A stretch of DNA of 64,000 nucleotides, taken from Verrucomicrobiales bacterium. Its GTDB lineage: Bacteria > Verrucomicrobiota > Verrucomicrobiia > Limisphaerales > J093. Positions 9,434 to 20,001 of the stretch are shown here, piece by piece. The stretch is taken from contig JBBIVJ010000015.1 of assembly GCA_037439785.1 (NCBI GenBank), positions 19,573 to 83,572 on the forward strand, written 5' to 3'. Under the pieces are notes generated by a model that made no database searches, was not told where the DNA came from, and saw only the letters and a list, made by a program, of their open reading frames with translations. Position numbers and translations under genes: made by a program. The stretch's first letter is position 1. The number at the start of each line of letters is the position of its first letter.

Positions 9434-10003
9434 TTAACGGTCAGACCGGCCCGGCCGCCGCCCGGCCGGGCGGCCGAATTTGCGCAGCAGGGCCCGCAGG
9501 ACCGGGCGGGGCACAAAGGCGCTGACATCCCCCCCCAGCCGGCAGATTTCCTTGACGATGCGGGAGCTCAGGAAAGTGTAGGTCTCCCGTGGCATCAGGA
9601 AGATGGTTTCGACCTCCTCGTTCAGCCGGCGGTTGATCAGGGCCAGTTGGAACTCGAACTCGAAGTCCGACACCGCCCGCAGACCGCGAATGACCGCATG
9701 GGCTCCGCGGGTCCGCGCGTAGTCAATGAGCAGGCCGTCGAAGCTGTCGGTTTCCACGCGGGGGATGCCCCGGACCGATTGCTCGACCAGCCGGCGACGT
9801 TCTTCGAGGGTGAACAACGGCTGTTTGCTGTCGTTGTTGGCCACCGCCACGATCACCCGGTCGAACAGCCGCGCCGCCCGCCGGACCACGTCCAGATGGC
9901 CGTTGGTGACGGGATCAAAGCTGCCGGGATAAATCACCGTGGTTCGGGTTGTAGCCCGGTGAGGGACGGTGTCAGCGGCTGCCCGGGGGTGAGGGGGAGA
10001 CAT
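9434..10003 (-). CDS. coaD: Phosphopantetheine adenylyltransferase
   Basis: YPGSFDPVTNGHLD (T/HxGH motif), later IRGLRAVSDFEFE and ISSRIVKE-like motifs. The only ATG gives a ~22-aa N-terminal extension, so the true start may be an internal GTG near 9940. Confidence 0.88.
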   Translation of the reverse strand: MSPPHPRAAADTVPHRATTRTTVIYPGSFDPVTNGHLDVVRRAARLFDRVIVAVANNDSKQPLFTLEERRRLVEQSVRGIPRVETDSFDGLLIDYARTRGAHAVIRGLRAVSDFEFEFQLALINRRLNEEVETIFLMPRETYTFLSSRIVKEICRLGGDVSAFVPRPVLRALLRKFGRPAGRRPGRSDR

Positions 10004-10025
10004 GGAAAGCGGTGCTTTTACAAGG

Positions 10026-10060
10026 GCGAACCCGGAGCGGTCTGGCCGCTCCGGGTTCGC
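10026..10060. terminator. Perfect 15-bp stem hairpin between the FecR-like gene and coaD
   Basis: GCGAACCCGGAGCGG / loop TCTGG / CCGCTCCGGGTTCGC. Lies 27 nt downstream of the 10087 stop. TTTAAACCTTT follows on the plus strand, but no clear U-run on the minus strand. Confidence 0.45.
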
Positions 10061-10086
10061 TTTAAACCTTTCGGGCGTTCGAGGCT

Positions 10087-10908
10087 TTACTTCGCGTCGG
10101 CCGGGGTCACGGGGGTGGTGGGGTTAAACACCGGTGGGAGCACGAACGGCTTGAACAAAGTCCCTTGGCCCGGCGCGGTAAACGGCCGCTCTTCAATGGC
10201 CCACGTCGGCCAGGGCGCATAACCGGTCGCGCTCACGCCGGCCATCTCAACCCCCGGCGCCGCACCCAGTTGACCGGCCGCCAGGGTGATTTCCTCGTTG
10301 ATGCTCGGCAATGACTCGATCAGGCCGCCCTTGTTGTTGTTGAGGGTCGGCTCGAAGGTGTAGCCGGTGCGCACCTGAAACTCGGTCGGTGCGGTCGCTC
10401 CAGGGGCGTTGTAGCGGACGTACCCGCTGCCATCGAGCACCGAGAACTCTCCCCGCGCGGAAACCTGATACTTGGTGCCGCGGATGCCCACCACACCGAC
10501 CGGTGTGACCACCTCGTAGCGGGAGGCGGCGGACATCTTGCGCACCACCCCTTGAATCTTGCCCGCCCGCAGGCCCAGCTCGGTGGTGACGATCGTCTCG
10601 CCGGCCCCCTTGTCCACATTCAACGTGGTGAGCACCAGCGTGGTGTCTGGTGTCACCCGGAGAAACGGACCGTTCCGCCCCAGATACAGGTCCACCACGC
10701 CGAGGGTGTCGGTCTTGATGGTCGCTCCCGGGCCCAGCACGACGCCCTTCTTGACCTCGTTCCAGGTCACCCCGTCCGTGCTGTAGTGGGCGGCGCCGGC
10801 CCGCACAGCATCCACGCGCGCCGAGCCCACGTCCGCCACGGCCAGATTTGCCAGCGCCAACGCGCCCAAAGCCACCACACCAGGGAAAAGTCGCTTGAGG
10901 TTGTTCAT
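10087..10908 (-). CDS. Secreted FecR-domain protein
   Basis: Signal peptide MNNLKRLFPGVVALGALALANLAVA. FecR-type segment VVTPVGVVGIRGTKYQVSARGEFSVLDG. Internal ATG 10908 verified in frame. The track ORF runs to 11247, but that upstream part is Arg/Pro-rich junk. Confidence 0.6.
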   Translation of the reverse strand: MNNLKRLFPGVVALGALALANLAVADVGSARVDAVRAGAAHYSTDGVTWNEVKKGVVLGPGATIKTDTLGVVDLYLGRNGPFLRVTPDTTLVLTTLNVDKGAGETIVTTELGLRAGKIQGVVRKMSAASRYEVVTPVGVVGIRGTKYQVSARGEFSVLDGSGYVRYNAPGATAPTEFQVRTGYTFEPTLNNNKGGLIESLPSINEEITLAAGQLGAAPGVEMAGVSATGYAPWPTWAIEERPFTAPGQGTLFKPFVLPPVFNPTTPVTPADAK

Positions 10909-11135
10909 AGTTGTCTCCGGACTCGATTGGTTTTCTGTGCCCAACTGCTGTGGACGCAGTCTATTGAACCAACGCGGCTTGTCAACCACCCTTTCGGATT
11001 TTTTTTCGCCGGCGACTTTCGGAAAATGCGGAGGAGGGTTAGGTGCCGTGTACGACGGACGTGTCGTCCCGGCCGGGGTAAAACCGGGGGAAATGCTCGT
11101 CCCCTGGCCGGGTGCGGCGTAGGCTGGCCGGGCCC

Positions 11136-12458
11136 ATGAAGAAGATGTGGAAACGCCGTCATTTTCTGACCACCACCGCCACGGCGCTGAGCGCCCCCCT
11201 CTGGGGCGGCTGGGTCCTGCCCGCCGTGGCGCGCGCCGCCGCCCCATCCGCCCGGCTGCGCGTGGGATTGATCGGTTGCGGCGGCATGGGACAGGGGGAC
11301 CTGTCGGTCTTCCTTCAGAATCCCGAGGTGGATTGCCCCGTGGTCTGTGACCCGGATGACGCGCAGTCGGCCGCTGCCGCCCGGTTGGTGGAAGAAAAAC
11401 GGGGGCACCGGCCGGATCGCGTGCGGGATTTCCGCCGGCTGCTCGAGCGGAGGGACGTGGACGCTGTGATCGTGGCCACGCCCGACCACTGGCACGCCCT
11501 GCCCACCGTCCTGGCGTGCCAGGCCGACAAGGACGTGTACGTGGAAAAGCCGCTGGCCCTGACGATTGCCGAGGGCCGGGCGATGATCGAGGCAGCCCGC
11601 CGCCACCGTCGCATCGCCCAGATGGGGGCCCAGCGCCTGAGCAGTCCGATGTACCGGGAAGCCACCGACTTTGTGCGGGCCGGCCATCTCGGCAAGGTCG
11701 GCCTGGTCCGCGCCTGGGCGTACCTGGACTGGATTCAACCCATCGGCAAGCCGCCCGATTCCGCCCCTCCCCCCACGGTGGATTACGACCTCTGGCTGGG
11801 GCCGGCGCCCAAGCGGCCGTTCAACCCCAACCGCTTCCACTTCAACTTCCGCTGGTTCTGGGATTACGCCGGCGGCCTCATGACCGACTGGGGCGTGCAC
11901 CTGATCCAGGTCCTGCTCTGGGGCATGGGGAATGCCCCGCCCCGCGCGGTCGTCTCCAGCGGCGGCAAGTACGTCCTCGACGACAACTCGGAAACGCCCG
12001 ACACCCAGTTCACCGTGTACGAATTCCCCACCTACACGCTGGTCTGGGAGCACAAGGTCGGCATCGGCCTGGGGCTGTACAACCGCCCCTGGGGCATGGC
12101 CTTTGTCGGTACCGAAGGCACCCTCGTCCTCAACGACAGCGGCTGGGAAATCCTCCGCGAGCCCCGCAAGGACACGCTCGAGCCCCGGAAGTTCCGCGGT
12201 GGCCCGGACCCGCGCCCGGCCCACATCCGCAACTTCCTGGACTGCGTCCGCTCCCGGCAGACGCCGGTCGAGCCCCTCGAAGTAGGGCATCAGGTCTCGA
12301 CCGTGGCGCATTTGGGGAACCTCGCCTTGCGGACCGGCCGACGGCTGCTGTGGGATGCGGCCCGCGAACAACTGTTCCACGACCGGGCCGCCACCCGCCT
12401 TGCCGCACCCCGTTACCGACCGCCGTGGAAACTGCCCTACCTCCCGCGCCCGGCCTGA
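11136..12458 (+). CDS. Gfo/Idh/MocA family oxidoreductase with Tat signal
   Basis: Twin-arginine KRRHFLTTTA, Rossmann GLIGCGGMG, and VYVEKPLA (EKP motif). Confidence 0.85.
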   Translation: MKKMWKRRHFLTTTATALSAPLWGGWVLPAVARAAAPSARLRVGLIGCGGMGQGDLSVFLQNPEVDCPVVCDPDDAQSAAAARLVEEKRGHRPDRVRDFRRLLERRDVDAVIVATPDHWHALPTVLACQADKDVYVEKPLALTIAEGRAMIEAARRHRRIAQMGAQRLSSPMYREATDFVRAGHLGKVGLVRAWAYLDWIQPIGKPPDSAPPPTVDYDLWLGPAPKRPFNPNRFHFNFRWFWDYAGGLMTDWGVHLIQVLLWGMGNAPPRAVVSSGGKYVLDDNSETPDTQFTVYEFPTYTLVWEHKVGIGLGLYNRPWGMAFVGTEGTLVLNDSGWEILREPRKDTLEPRKFRGGPDPRPAHIRNFLDCVRSRQTPVEPLEVGHQVSTVAHLGNLALRTGRRLLWDAAREQLFHDRAATRLAAPRYRPPWKLPYLPRPA

Positions 12459-12521
12459 ACCGCCCCCCGGAGCCGCGCCGGCACGGTTGCAACGCCGCCG
12501 GCGGCTGCCTACGTTCGGCCT

Positions 12522-13550
12522 GTGACAACGCTCCTGGATAAACCGGAGACGTCGGCCAAGCCCCTGCCCCAACCGCGCCCCCCGCTGGACGCGGGCCGGC
12601 GTCAGGCGCTCACCCTCGAAATCCTCGAACTGCGCCGCCGCCTCAACGCCGTCATCCTCGCCCACAACTACCAGGTGCCCGAAATCCAGGACGTCGCCGA
12701 CTACGTGGGCGACTCCCTCGGCCTGGCCCAGCAGGCGGCCCGCACCGCGGCCGACGTCATCGTCTTTTGCGGCGTCCACTTCATGGCCGAGACGGCCAAG
12801 ATTCTGAACCCCGACAAGCTGGTGCTCCTGCCCGACCGGGACGCTGGCTGCTCGCTCGAGGAAAGCTGCCCTCCCGACCCACTGGCCGCCCTCCAGGCCA
12901 CCAACCCCAACTTCTACACCATCGCCTACATCAACTGCTCCGCCGCGGTAAAGGCGCTCAGTGACATCATCTGCACCAGCGGCAACGCCGAGCTCATTGT
13001 CCGCGCCGCCCCGCCGGACCGCGACCTGCTCTTCGTGCCGGACGAGAACCTCGGCCAGTGGGTCGTGGAGCGCACCGGCCGGCCCATGACCCTCTGGCGG
13101 GGCAGCTGCTACGCCCACGTCGAGTTCCGGCGCGACGCCATCCTGCGCCTGCGCCAGCGCTTCCCGGATGCCCCGGTGGTCGTGCACCCCGAAAGCCTGC
13201 GCGAGGTTCGCGAACTGGCCGACGCGGTCTGCTCGACCGAGAAAATGGTCCAGTTCTGCAAGACCCACCCCGCCCCGCGCTTCATCGTGGTGACCGAGTC
13301 GGGCATCATTCACCGGATGCGCAAGGAATGCCCCGGCAAGGAATTCATCTGCACCCCGGTCTATGACGTGATGCGGATGCCGACCGACCAGTGCCGCTGC
13401 AGCGAGTGCCGGTACATGAAGCTGAACACCCTGGAAAAACTCCGCGACTGCATGGTGCGCCGGGCCCCGCGCGTCGAGCTGCCGCCGGAGCTGCTGGAAC
13501 GCGCCCGGCGCCCCATCCTGCGGATGTTGGAAGTCTCCGCCCGCTCCTGA
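12522..13550 (+). CDS. nadA: Quinolinate synthase NadA
   Basis: [29 protein letters not shown] motifs and a C-terminal Cys pair. GTG start. Confidence 0.9.
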   Translation: MTTLLDKPETSAKPLPQPRPPLDAGRRQALTLEILELRRRLNAVILAHNYQVPEIQDVADYVGDSLGLAQQAARTAADVIVFCGVHFMAETAKILNPDKLVLLPDRDAGCSLEESCPPDPLAALQATNPNFYTIAYINCSAAVKALSDIICTSGNAELIVRAAPPDRDLLFVPDENLGQWVVERTGRPMTLWRGSCYAHVEFRRDAILRLRQRFPDAPVVVHPESLREVRELADAVCSTEKMVQFCKTHPAPRFIVVTESGIIHRMRKECPGKEFICTPVYDVMRMPTDQCRCSECRYMKLNTLEKLRDCMVRRAPRVELPPELLERARRPILRMLEVSARS

Positions 13551-13900
13551 ACCCCGGCCGCACCGGCCACGCGCGGCGTTCCCGCCCTTCCCCCCGACTC
13601 CGGGCTGCCCCGGCTCAACAAACGGATCGAACGCTTCGGCTACCTCCCGCGGCCGCCCGGCGCACCGGGCCACGAACCGCGGGTCAAACGAGTGCCCTTC
13701 CTCCGGGCCGGGCCCAGGGACTCGTCGGATCAAAGGCTACTGTCGCTTACATTCTCTGGCTGGCCCCTCGAGTCGAATCCCCGGGCCCGCAGCCAGATTC
13801 CTCAATTTTTCAGGCTGCCCAAGCCTTCCCTGGCGGGGAACACCCTGCCCGCCGGCGCTTGCTGGAACGCGGGGCGGCTGGTAGCAACGGGCCGGTGGGG

Positions 13901-14647
13901 ATGACCCTCATGGCGCAGCAGACAACTCCACCCCGGCCGGCGCGCGACCAGGTCTTTCGTGTCCGCGGCCTGACCAAGGTGTACGGCTCGGGGGCGGCAG
14001 AGGTCCACGCCCTGGCGGGGGTGGACCTGGACCTGTACGCCGGGGAACTGGTGGTGCTGCTGGGCCCCTCGGGCAGCGGCAAGACCACCCTGCTCAACAA
14101 CCTCGGCGGCCTGGACGTGCCGACCGGCGGCGAACTGTGGTTTCGCGACCTGGACCTGACCGCGGCCGATGAGGAGACCCTGACCCGGTACCGGCGCGAC
14201 GCCGTGGGCTTCATCTTCCAGTTCTACAACCTCATCCCCAGCCTCACCGCCCGGGAAAACGTGGCCCTGATTACCGAGATCGCCCGCGACCCGATGGACC
14301 CGGAGGAGACGCTGCACCTGGTGGGCCTGGGCGCGCGGCTGGACCATTTCCCGGCCCAGCTCTCCGGTGGCGAGCAACAGCGGGTGGCCATCGCCCGCGC
14401 CATCGCCAAGCGCCCGGAGGTGCTGCTGTGCGATGAACCGACCGGCGCCCTGGACCTCAAGACCGGCGTGGTGGTGCTCGAGGCCATCGAGCGGGTCAAC
14501 CGCGAGCTGGGCACCCTCACCGTCATCATCACCCACAACGCCGTGCTGGCCGACATGGCCGACCGCGTGATCCACCTCAAGGACGGCCGCGTGGCGCAAC
14601 TCCACGCCAACCCGCAACGCGCCCCCGCCGCGAGCCTGCACTGGTGA
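13901..14647 (+). CDS. ABC transporter ATP-binding protein (MacB/DevA-like)
   Basis: Walker [10 protein letters not shown], signature [15 protein letters not shown], Walker [13 protein letters not shown]-loop ITHN. ATG 13901 verified in frame; the track ORF starts at 13391. Confidence 0.9.
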   Translation: MTLMAQQTTPPRPARDQVFRVRGLTKVYGSGAAEVHALAGVDLDLYAGELVVLLGPSGSGKTTLLNNLGGLDVPTGGELWFRDLDLTAADEETLTRYRRDAVGFIFQFYNLIPSLTARENVALITEIARDPMDPEETLHLVGLGARLDHFPAQLSGGEQQRVAIARAIAKRPEVLLCDEPTGALDLKTGVVVLEAIERVNRELGTLTVIITHNAVLADMADRVIHLKDGRVAQLHANPQRAPAASLHW

Positions 14648-17013
14648 AGCTCCCCCCCCTGGACCGCAAACTGGTGCGCGACATGGGCCGCATGAAGGGC
14701 CAGACCGTGGCGGTGGCCCTGGTCATGGCCTGCGGGCTGGCCATGATGATCATGGCCCGCAGCCTCATCCATTCGCTGGACAGTGCCCGCGCCGATTACT
14801 ACCGGACCCATCGCTTTGCCGAGGTCTTCGCCACCCTCAAACGCGCCCCGCGGGCCGTGGCCGAGCGCCTGCGCGCCCTGCCCGGAGTGGCCGAGGTCGA
14901 GACCGGCATCGCCATGCAGGTCACGCTGGACCTGGTCGGCCTGGACGAACCGGCCAGCGGGCTGGTCCGGTCACTGCCGGACACGGGTGAACCGCGGTTG
15001 AACCGGCTCTTTCTCCGGCGGGGGCGCGGGTTGAGCCCGGACGGGCGGGGCGAGGTGCTGGTGGGGGAGGCCTTCGCCGAGGCCAACGCCCTGCAGCCGG
15101 GCGACACGGTGACCCTGCTGTTGAACGGCCGGCGGCGGACGCTGCGGGTGGCGGGCATTGTCCTCTCCCCCGAGTACATCTTCGAATCGCGCCCCGGCGC
15201 GGCCCTGCCGGACAACCGCACCTACGGCATCTTCTGGATGCCCTACCGCGAGCTGGCGGCGGCGTTTGATCTGGAGGACGCCTTCAACCATGTCGCCCTC
15301 ACCCTGGTCCCGGGCGCGGCCGAACCGGCGGTCATTGCCGCGGTGGACCGGCTGCTGGAACCCTACGGCGGCCGCGGGGCCCACGGCCGGGCCGACCACC
15401 CCTCGAACATCCGGGTCTCGGACGAAATCCGCGTGCTGCGGACGCTCTCGGTGGGGTTCCCGGTGGTGTTTCTGAGCGTGGCGGCGTTCATGACCAACGC
15501 CATCCTGTCGCGCCTGCTGAACCTGCAGCGGGAGCAGATCGCCATTCTCAAGGCCTTTGGTTTCAGCAACCGGGCGGTGGCCTGGCACTACCTGAAGTTC
15601 GCGCTGGTGATGGTGCTGCTGGGCACGGTGCTGGGGGCGGCCGGCGGTAGCGGGTTGGGGCACCGGCTGGTGCGGCTCTACACCAACTTTTTCCGCTTCC
15701 CCGAACTCGAGTTCCGGCTCGACCATGCGGCGCTGGGACTGGCCCTGGGGGTCTGCGCGCTGGCCGCCCTGCTGGGCGTGGCGGGGGCGGTGCGCCGGGC
15801 CGCGCGCCTGCCCCCGGCGCAGGCGATGCGTCCGGAACCCCCGGCGCATTACCGGCCGTCGTGGGTGGAGCGGTCCGGGCTGGCGCACTGGCTGTCGCAC
15901 ACCTTTCGCATCGCGGTGCGCAACCTCGAGCGCCGCCCCATGCAGGCGCTCTTCACCGTGACGGGGCTGGCCCTGGCCACGGGCATTTTGCTCGTCCCGA
16001 ATGCATTTCGGGACGCCGTGGCCCATGTGCTCGATCACCAGTGGGACATCCTCCAGCGCCAGGACCTGAGCGTGGGTCTGGTCGAGCCGACGCACGTGGC
16101 GGTGCTGCCCGAGCTGCGCCGGCTGCCGGGGGTGCTCACGATGGAGCCATTCCGGGCGGCCTTCGTGCGGCTGCGCCACGGCCATCGCCAGCGGCAACTG
16201 CCCCTGCAGGGCCAGTTGCCCGAGGCGTTGCACAACCGGGTGATCGGCACCGACGAGCGCCGCATCGTGCTCCCGCTCTGGGGGGTGGTGCTCTCGGAAA
16301 AACTGGCCGAACTGCTCGAGGCCCGGCCGGGCGACCCCCTGGTCATCGAGGTGCTGGAAGGCCACCGCCCCACGGTGGTGGCGCCGCTGGTGGGCACGGC
16401 GGAGGACCTGGCCGGCGTGGCCGCCTACATGCATCTGGACGCCCTGAACCGCCTGCTGGGCGAGGGCGACCGCGTCTCCGGCGCCAGCTTCCGGGTGGAC
16501 GCCCTGCAGCGGGCGGAGTTCCTGCGGGCGTTGAAGGGCATCCCGCGCGTGAGCTGGGTGGCCATCAAGGATTCGCTGCGGGAAAATTTCCGCCGGACCA
16601 CGGCGGCGAGCATCGGCCTGTTCCAGAAAGTGTACCTGGTGCTGGCGGTCATTGTCTCGTTCGGGGTGGTGTACAACAACGCCCGCATTTCCCTGGCCGA
16701 GCGGGCCCGCGAGCTGGCCACGCTGCGGGTTATTGGCTTTTCCCGGCGGGAGGTGGGCGGGGTGCTGCTCACCGAGCTGAGCCTCCTGGCGGCCCTGGCC
16801 CTGCCGCTGGGGCTGCTGCTGGGCACGGGCTTCGCCACGGCCATTGTCAGCGCCGTGAACACCGAAACGGTCCGCATCCCCGTGATCCTCACCCCGGCCA
16901 ACTACGCCTTTGCCACGCTGGCGGTGCTGGTGGCCTCGACCGCCTCCGCCCTGGTGGTGCTCCGTCGCCTCCACCGCCTGGACCTGGTCAGCGCCCTCAA
17001 GGCCCCGGAATAA
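14644..17013 (+). CDS. ABC transporter permease with two FtsX-type modules
   Basis: 789 aa. Two copies of the FtsX 3-TM signature ([14 protein letters not shown] and [15 protein letters not shown]), each preceded by an extracytoplasmic domain. ATGA-type overlap with the ATPase. Confidence 0.85.
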   Translation: MKLPPLDRKLVRDMGRMKGQTVAVALVMACGLAMMIMARSLIHSLDSARADYYRTHRFAEVFATLKRAPRAVAERLRALPGVAEVETGIAMQVTLDLVGLDEPASGLVRSLPDTGEPRLNRLFLRRGRGLSPDGRGEVLVGEAFAEANALQPGDTVTLLLNGRRRTLRVAGIVLSPEYIFESRPGAALPDNRTYGIFWMPYRELAAAFDLEDAFNHVALTLVPGAAEPAVIAAVDRLLEPYGGRGAHGRADHPSNIRVSDEIRVLRTLSVGFPVVFLSVAAFMTNAILSRLLNLQREQIAILKAFGFSNRAVAWHYLKFALVMVLLGTVLGAAGGSGLGHRLVRLYTNFFRFPELEFRLDHAALGLALGVCALAALLGVAGAVRRAARLPPAQAMRPEPPAHYRPSWVERSGLAHWLSHTFRIAVRNLERRPMQALFTVTGLALATGILLVPNAFRDAVAHVLDHQWDILQRQDLSVGLVEPTHVAVLPELRRLPGVLTMEPFRAAFVRLRHGHRQRQLPLQGQLPEALHNRVIGTDERRIVLPLWGVVLSEKLAELLEARPGDPLVIEVLEGHRPTVVAPLVGTAEDLAGVAAYMHLDALNRLLGEGDRVSGASFRVDALQRAEFLRALKGIPRVSWVAIKDSLRENFRRTTAASIGLFQKVYLVLAVIVSFGVVYNNARISLAERARELATLRVIGFSRREVGGVLLTELSLLAALALPLGLLLGTGFATAIVSAVNTETVRIPVILTPANYAFATLAVLVASTASALVVLRRLHRLDLVSALKAPE

Positions 17014-17016
17014 CCC

Positions 17017-18237
17017 ATGAGCCCCGCCCCTGCCTCCGCCCCCGCCGCCTCCCGCCGGCCCCGTTCCCTGCAACACCACACCCGGCGGTGGCTGCCCGCC
17101 CTGGTCCTGGCGGTGCTGTTGGGCCTGATCGGCTACGGCTTCTGGCCGCGGCCGGTCCCGGTCGAAACCGCCCTCGTCACCCGCGGCCCCCTGCGCGTGG
17201 TCCTGACCGAGGAAGGTCGCACCCGCATCCGCCACCGCTACCAGGTCGCCGCGCCGGTCAGTGGCCAGCTCCACCGCATCAGTCTCGACCCCGGTGACCC
17301 CGTGCGGGCGGGTGAGACGGTGCTGGCGGTGATCGAGCCGCTGCCGCCGGCTTTGCTGGATGCCCGCAGCCGCGAGCTGGCCGGGGCCCGCCGCGCCGCC
17401 GCCGCCGAACAGGTCGAGCGCGCCCGCGCCGCCCTGCGCTTTGCCACCAACGAACTGCGCCGCTTCCGAACCCTTTTTGCCGAGGGGACCGTCTCCATCC
17501 AGGAACTGGAAATCATGCAGTGGCGCGCCGAGGCCGCTGCGCGGGAGCTGGGCGTGGCCGAGGGCACCCTGCGCGAGGCCGAGGCGGCCCTGGCCGAATT
17601 TGCCGGGGACAACCCGGCCGCCGCCCGGGGGGACCGGCTCGTCGAGGTCCGCGCCCCGGCCGACGGCTGCGTGCTGCGGCTGTTCGAGCGCAGCGCCCGG
17701 CCGGTCACCGCCGGCACGCCGCTGATGGAACTCGGCAACCCCGCCGACCTCGAGGTGGTCATCGAAATGCTTTCCCGCGACGGCGCCGCGCTGGCCCCCG
17801 GTACGCCGGTCGAGCTGGACCAGTGGGGCGGCCCGCAACGTCTCCAGGCCCGGGTGCGTCGCGTCGAACCCGCGGCCTTTACCAAGATTTCCGCCCTCGG
17901 CGTTGAGGAGCAGCGGGTCAATGTGATCGCCGACCTGGTCAGCCCCCCGGACCAACGCCCCGGCCTGGGCGACGGCTTCCGCGTCGAGGCCCACGTGGTG
18001 GTCTGGGAGGCGGACGACGTGGTCCGGGTGCCGAGCGGCGCCCTAGCCCGGCGCGGGGAGCATTGGATCGCGTGGGTGGTCGAGGAGGGCCGTGCCCGAC
18101 CGCGCACGGTGAAGGCCGGCCGGTCCGGCAACGGCGATGTGCAGGTGATCGAGGGCCTGCAACCGGGCGAGGTGGTCATCCTCCATCCCGGCAGCCAGGT
18201 GCGGGACGGCACGCGGGTGCGCGTCGTCACCCGGTGA
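17017..18237 (+). CDS. HlyD-family efflux periplasmic adaptor subunit
   Basis: N-terminal TM, lipoyl-like VAAPVSGQLHRISLDPGDPVRAGETV, coiled-coil hairpin, and C-terminal barrel (VIEGLQPGEVVILHP). Starts 3 nt after the permease. Confidence 0.8.
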   Translation: MSPAPASAPAASRRPRSLQHHTRRWLPALVLAVLLGLIGYGFWPRPVPVETALVTRGPLRVVLTEEGRTRIRHRYQVAAPVSGQLHRISLDPGDPVRAGETVLAVIEPLPPALLDARSRELAGARRAAAAEQVERARAALRFATNELRRFRTLFAEGTVSIQELEIMQWRAEAAARELGVAEGTLREAEAALAEFAGDNPAAARGDRLVEVRAPADGCVLRLFERSARPVTAGTPLMELGNPADLEVVIEMLSRDGAALAPGTPVELDQWGGPQRLQARVRRVEPAAFTKISALGVEEQRVNVIADLVSPPDQRPGLGDGFRVEAHVVVWEADDVVRVPSGALARRGEHWIAWVVEEGRARPRTVKAGRSGNGDVQVIEGLQPGEVVILHPGSQVRDGTRVRVVTR

Positions 18238-18472
18238 GCTTGCCTGTCGAGAAAGCCGCAGAAGGCTGCCGCACTCCGGGACGCTGGCGCGTGGAAAGGC
18301 CGCCCCGGCAGGTGCGCCAGATTGTGGCGTGCGCCAGTCTTCTGACGTAGGGGGCGGTGCCGATGGCTTCAGGGTCTGGATTTCGGACTTCGGACTTCGG
18401 GTTTGCCCGCTCGGTCCCGGCGTGGCGGGCAGGCTATTCGCCCCGGCCATCCCGGTGAACGCGAGCCAGGGG

Positions 18473-19960
18473 TCACACCTTGTCGGGGACGACAAAGGGC
18501 TTGCGGTAGGCGCGGGTGAGCAGGTGGTTGGCGAGGCGGTGGTGGGTGAACCGCTCGGTCCTGGGGTCCATCAGGAGCACCGGCCCCAGGGTGGCGGGAG
18601 TAGCGTGCAGGTCCATCTCGTTGGCCAGGAGGTGTTCGTAGGCCCGCTCGCAGGCCTCGAGCGCGCCGGGCTCGGCGGCGATCTGGTCGCGGATGGCCTC
18701 GGGCGGCAACGGGCGGCCGAGCCGGTAGGAGATGTTGCCGGTGTGGCAGAGGGCGCTGGAGAGGTGGCCCTCGAGGATGTCCGCGTGCAGGTCGGCCACT
18801 TTGCGGCTGCGGACGGCCTTGATGAAGTTGCCGTGGTGGCTTTCGGAGCCGGACCACTTGCGGATTTCCTGGCCGTTCCAATCGTGGGCGGTGGCGCTGT
18901 GGTAATCGGGCACGGCCACGTAACCGCCTTCGCATTCGATGACAATGCCGATCTGGACGCCGCGGTAGCGGTCCATGTCCCTGGCCCCTTTGGCGGTGGG
19001 CAGGCCGCGCACCTCGAAGATCAGCGGCGCGCCGGGGTAGTCGTGGTAAATGACCAGGGTGTTGGGCGTGGTGCCGTCGTCCACGTAGCCGAGCCGGCCG
19101 CCCACGGCCAGCACGCGCGGGGAAAGCTCCATTACGCCCAGGAACCAGCGGGCCACGTCCATTTCGTGGATGCCCTGGTTGCCGAGGTCGCCGTTGCCGG
19201 TGGGCCAGACCCAGTGCCAGTCGTAGTGGAGGCGTTTGCGCAGCAGCGGGTCCTTGGGCGCGGGGCCACACCAGAGGTCGTAATCCACCTCGGGGGGGAT
19301 GGGCTGGGGGCCCTCCACCTTGCCGATCGAGTCGCGGCGTTTGTAGCAGATGCCGCGGGCGACGCGGATTTTGCCCAGGTGGCCTTCGCGCACCCATTGG
19401 ACGGCGGCGGCGATGCCCTGGCGGCTGGAGCGGCTCTGGGTGCCGGTCTGGACGATGCGGTTGTACTTGCGGGCGGCCTCGACCATTTTGCGGCCTTCCC
19501 AGACGTTGTGGGAACCGGGTTTTTCGACGTACACGTCCTTGCCGACCTGGCAGGCCCAGATGGTGGCCAGGGCGTGCCAGTGGTTGGGCGTGGCGATCGA
19601 AAGGGCGTCCACCGCCGGGTCGTTGAGCAGCTCGCGCAGGTCGCGGTACCCCTTGACCGGCTGGCCGCGGTCGGCGAACTGCTTAACCCCGCGGGCGAGT
19701 ACTTCGGCGTCCACATCGCAGAGCGCGACGATGCGTACCTTTTCCCCGCGCTCGCGCAGGCGGGTGAGGCTGTTGATGTGGCTGCCGCCCTGGCCGCGGA
19801 AGCCGACCACGGCGCAGCCGATTTCGTCGTTGGGTCCCAGGGCGCGACCGCGGCGGCCGGCGGCGAAAAGGGAAGGCGCCGCGCCCAGTCCGGCGGCAGC
19901 CAGAGCGGTGGAGCGGAGGAAATCACGACGGGTCAATGGAGCGGGATTCGGGTTTTGCAT
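18473..19960 (-). CDS. Gfo/Idh/MocA family oxidoreductase with Tat signal
   Basis: TRRDFLRSTALAAAGLGA twin-arginine signal, VYVEKPGS motif, Rossmann GCAVVGFRGQGG. ATG 19960 verified. Confidence 0.85.
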   Translation of the reverse strand: MQNPNPAPLTRRDFLRSTALAAAGLGAAPSLFAAGRRGRALGPNDEIGCAVVGFRGQGGSHINSLTRLRERGEKVRIVALCDVDAEVLARGVKQFADRGQPVKGYRDLRELLNDPAVDALSIATPNHWHALATIWACQVGKDVYVEKPGSHNVWEGRKMVEAARKYNRIVQTGTQSRSSRQGIAAAVQWVREGHLGKIRVARGICYKRRDSIGKVEGPQPIPPEVDYDLWCGPAPKDPLLRKRLHYDWHWVWPTGNGDLGNQGIHEMDVARWFLGVMELSPRVLAVGGRLGYVDDGTTPNTLVIYHDYPGAPLIFEVRGLPTAKGARDMDRYRGVQIGIVIECEGGYVAVPDYHSATAHDWNGQEIRKWSGSESHHGNFIKAVRSRKVADLHADILEGHLSSALCHTGNISYRLGRPLPPEAIRDQIAAEPGALEACERAYEHLLANEMDLHATPATLGPVLLMDPRTERFTHHRLANHLLTRAYRKPFVVPDKV

Positions 19961-20001
19961 GCGGGATTGGATGGGCGGTGGTGAGGAACTACCACGGGCG
20001 G

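Noticed and set aside
10905-13733. Very long ORFs antisense to, or spanning, recognised genes. Examples: 10905..13733(-) 942 aa, 14971..17994(-) 1007 aa, 31188..34319(-) 1043 aa, 39494..42556(-) 1020 aa, 43042..45630(-) 862 aa, 50781..54071(-) 1096 aa, 4170..6545(+) 791 aa, 54136..56469(+) 777 aa.
   Set aside because: Their translations are Arg/Gly/Pro/Ala/His-rich with no motifs. Each lies opposite, or runs across, several well-supported genes (for example 50781..54071 crosses argG and a PQQ-like gene). This is the expected stop-codon-poor shadow-ORF effect in ~70% GC DNA.
13551-13900. 350-nt gap between nadA and the ABC ATPase. I checked it for a riboswitch, a small gene (ORF 13692..13904) or a tRNA, prompted by the GAGTCGAATCC string near 13781.
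   Set aside because: The flanks of the TCGAATCC string do not form a T-arm or acceptor stem. The 70-aa ORF has no protein-like features. I could not fold or match any known riboswitch consensus by eye, so this stays unresolved rather than positive.
18382-18402. Three tandem heptamers TTCGGAC TTCGGAC TTCGGGT in the convergent intergenic region 18238-18472.
   Set aside because: Only three copies, in a non-coding gap, with no spacer structure (not CRISPR-like) and no flanking inverted repeats. Most simply explained as slippage.
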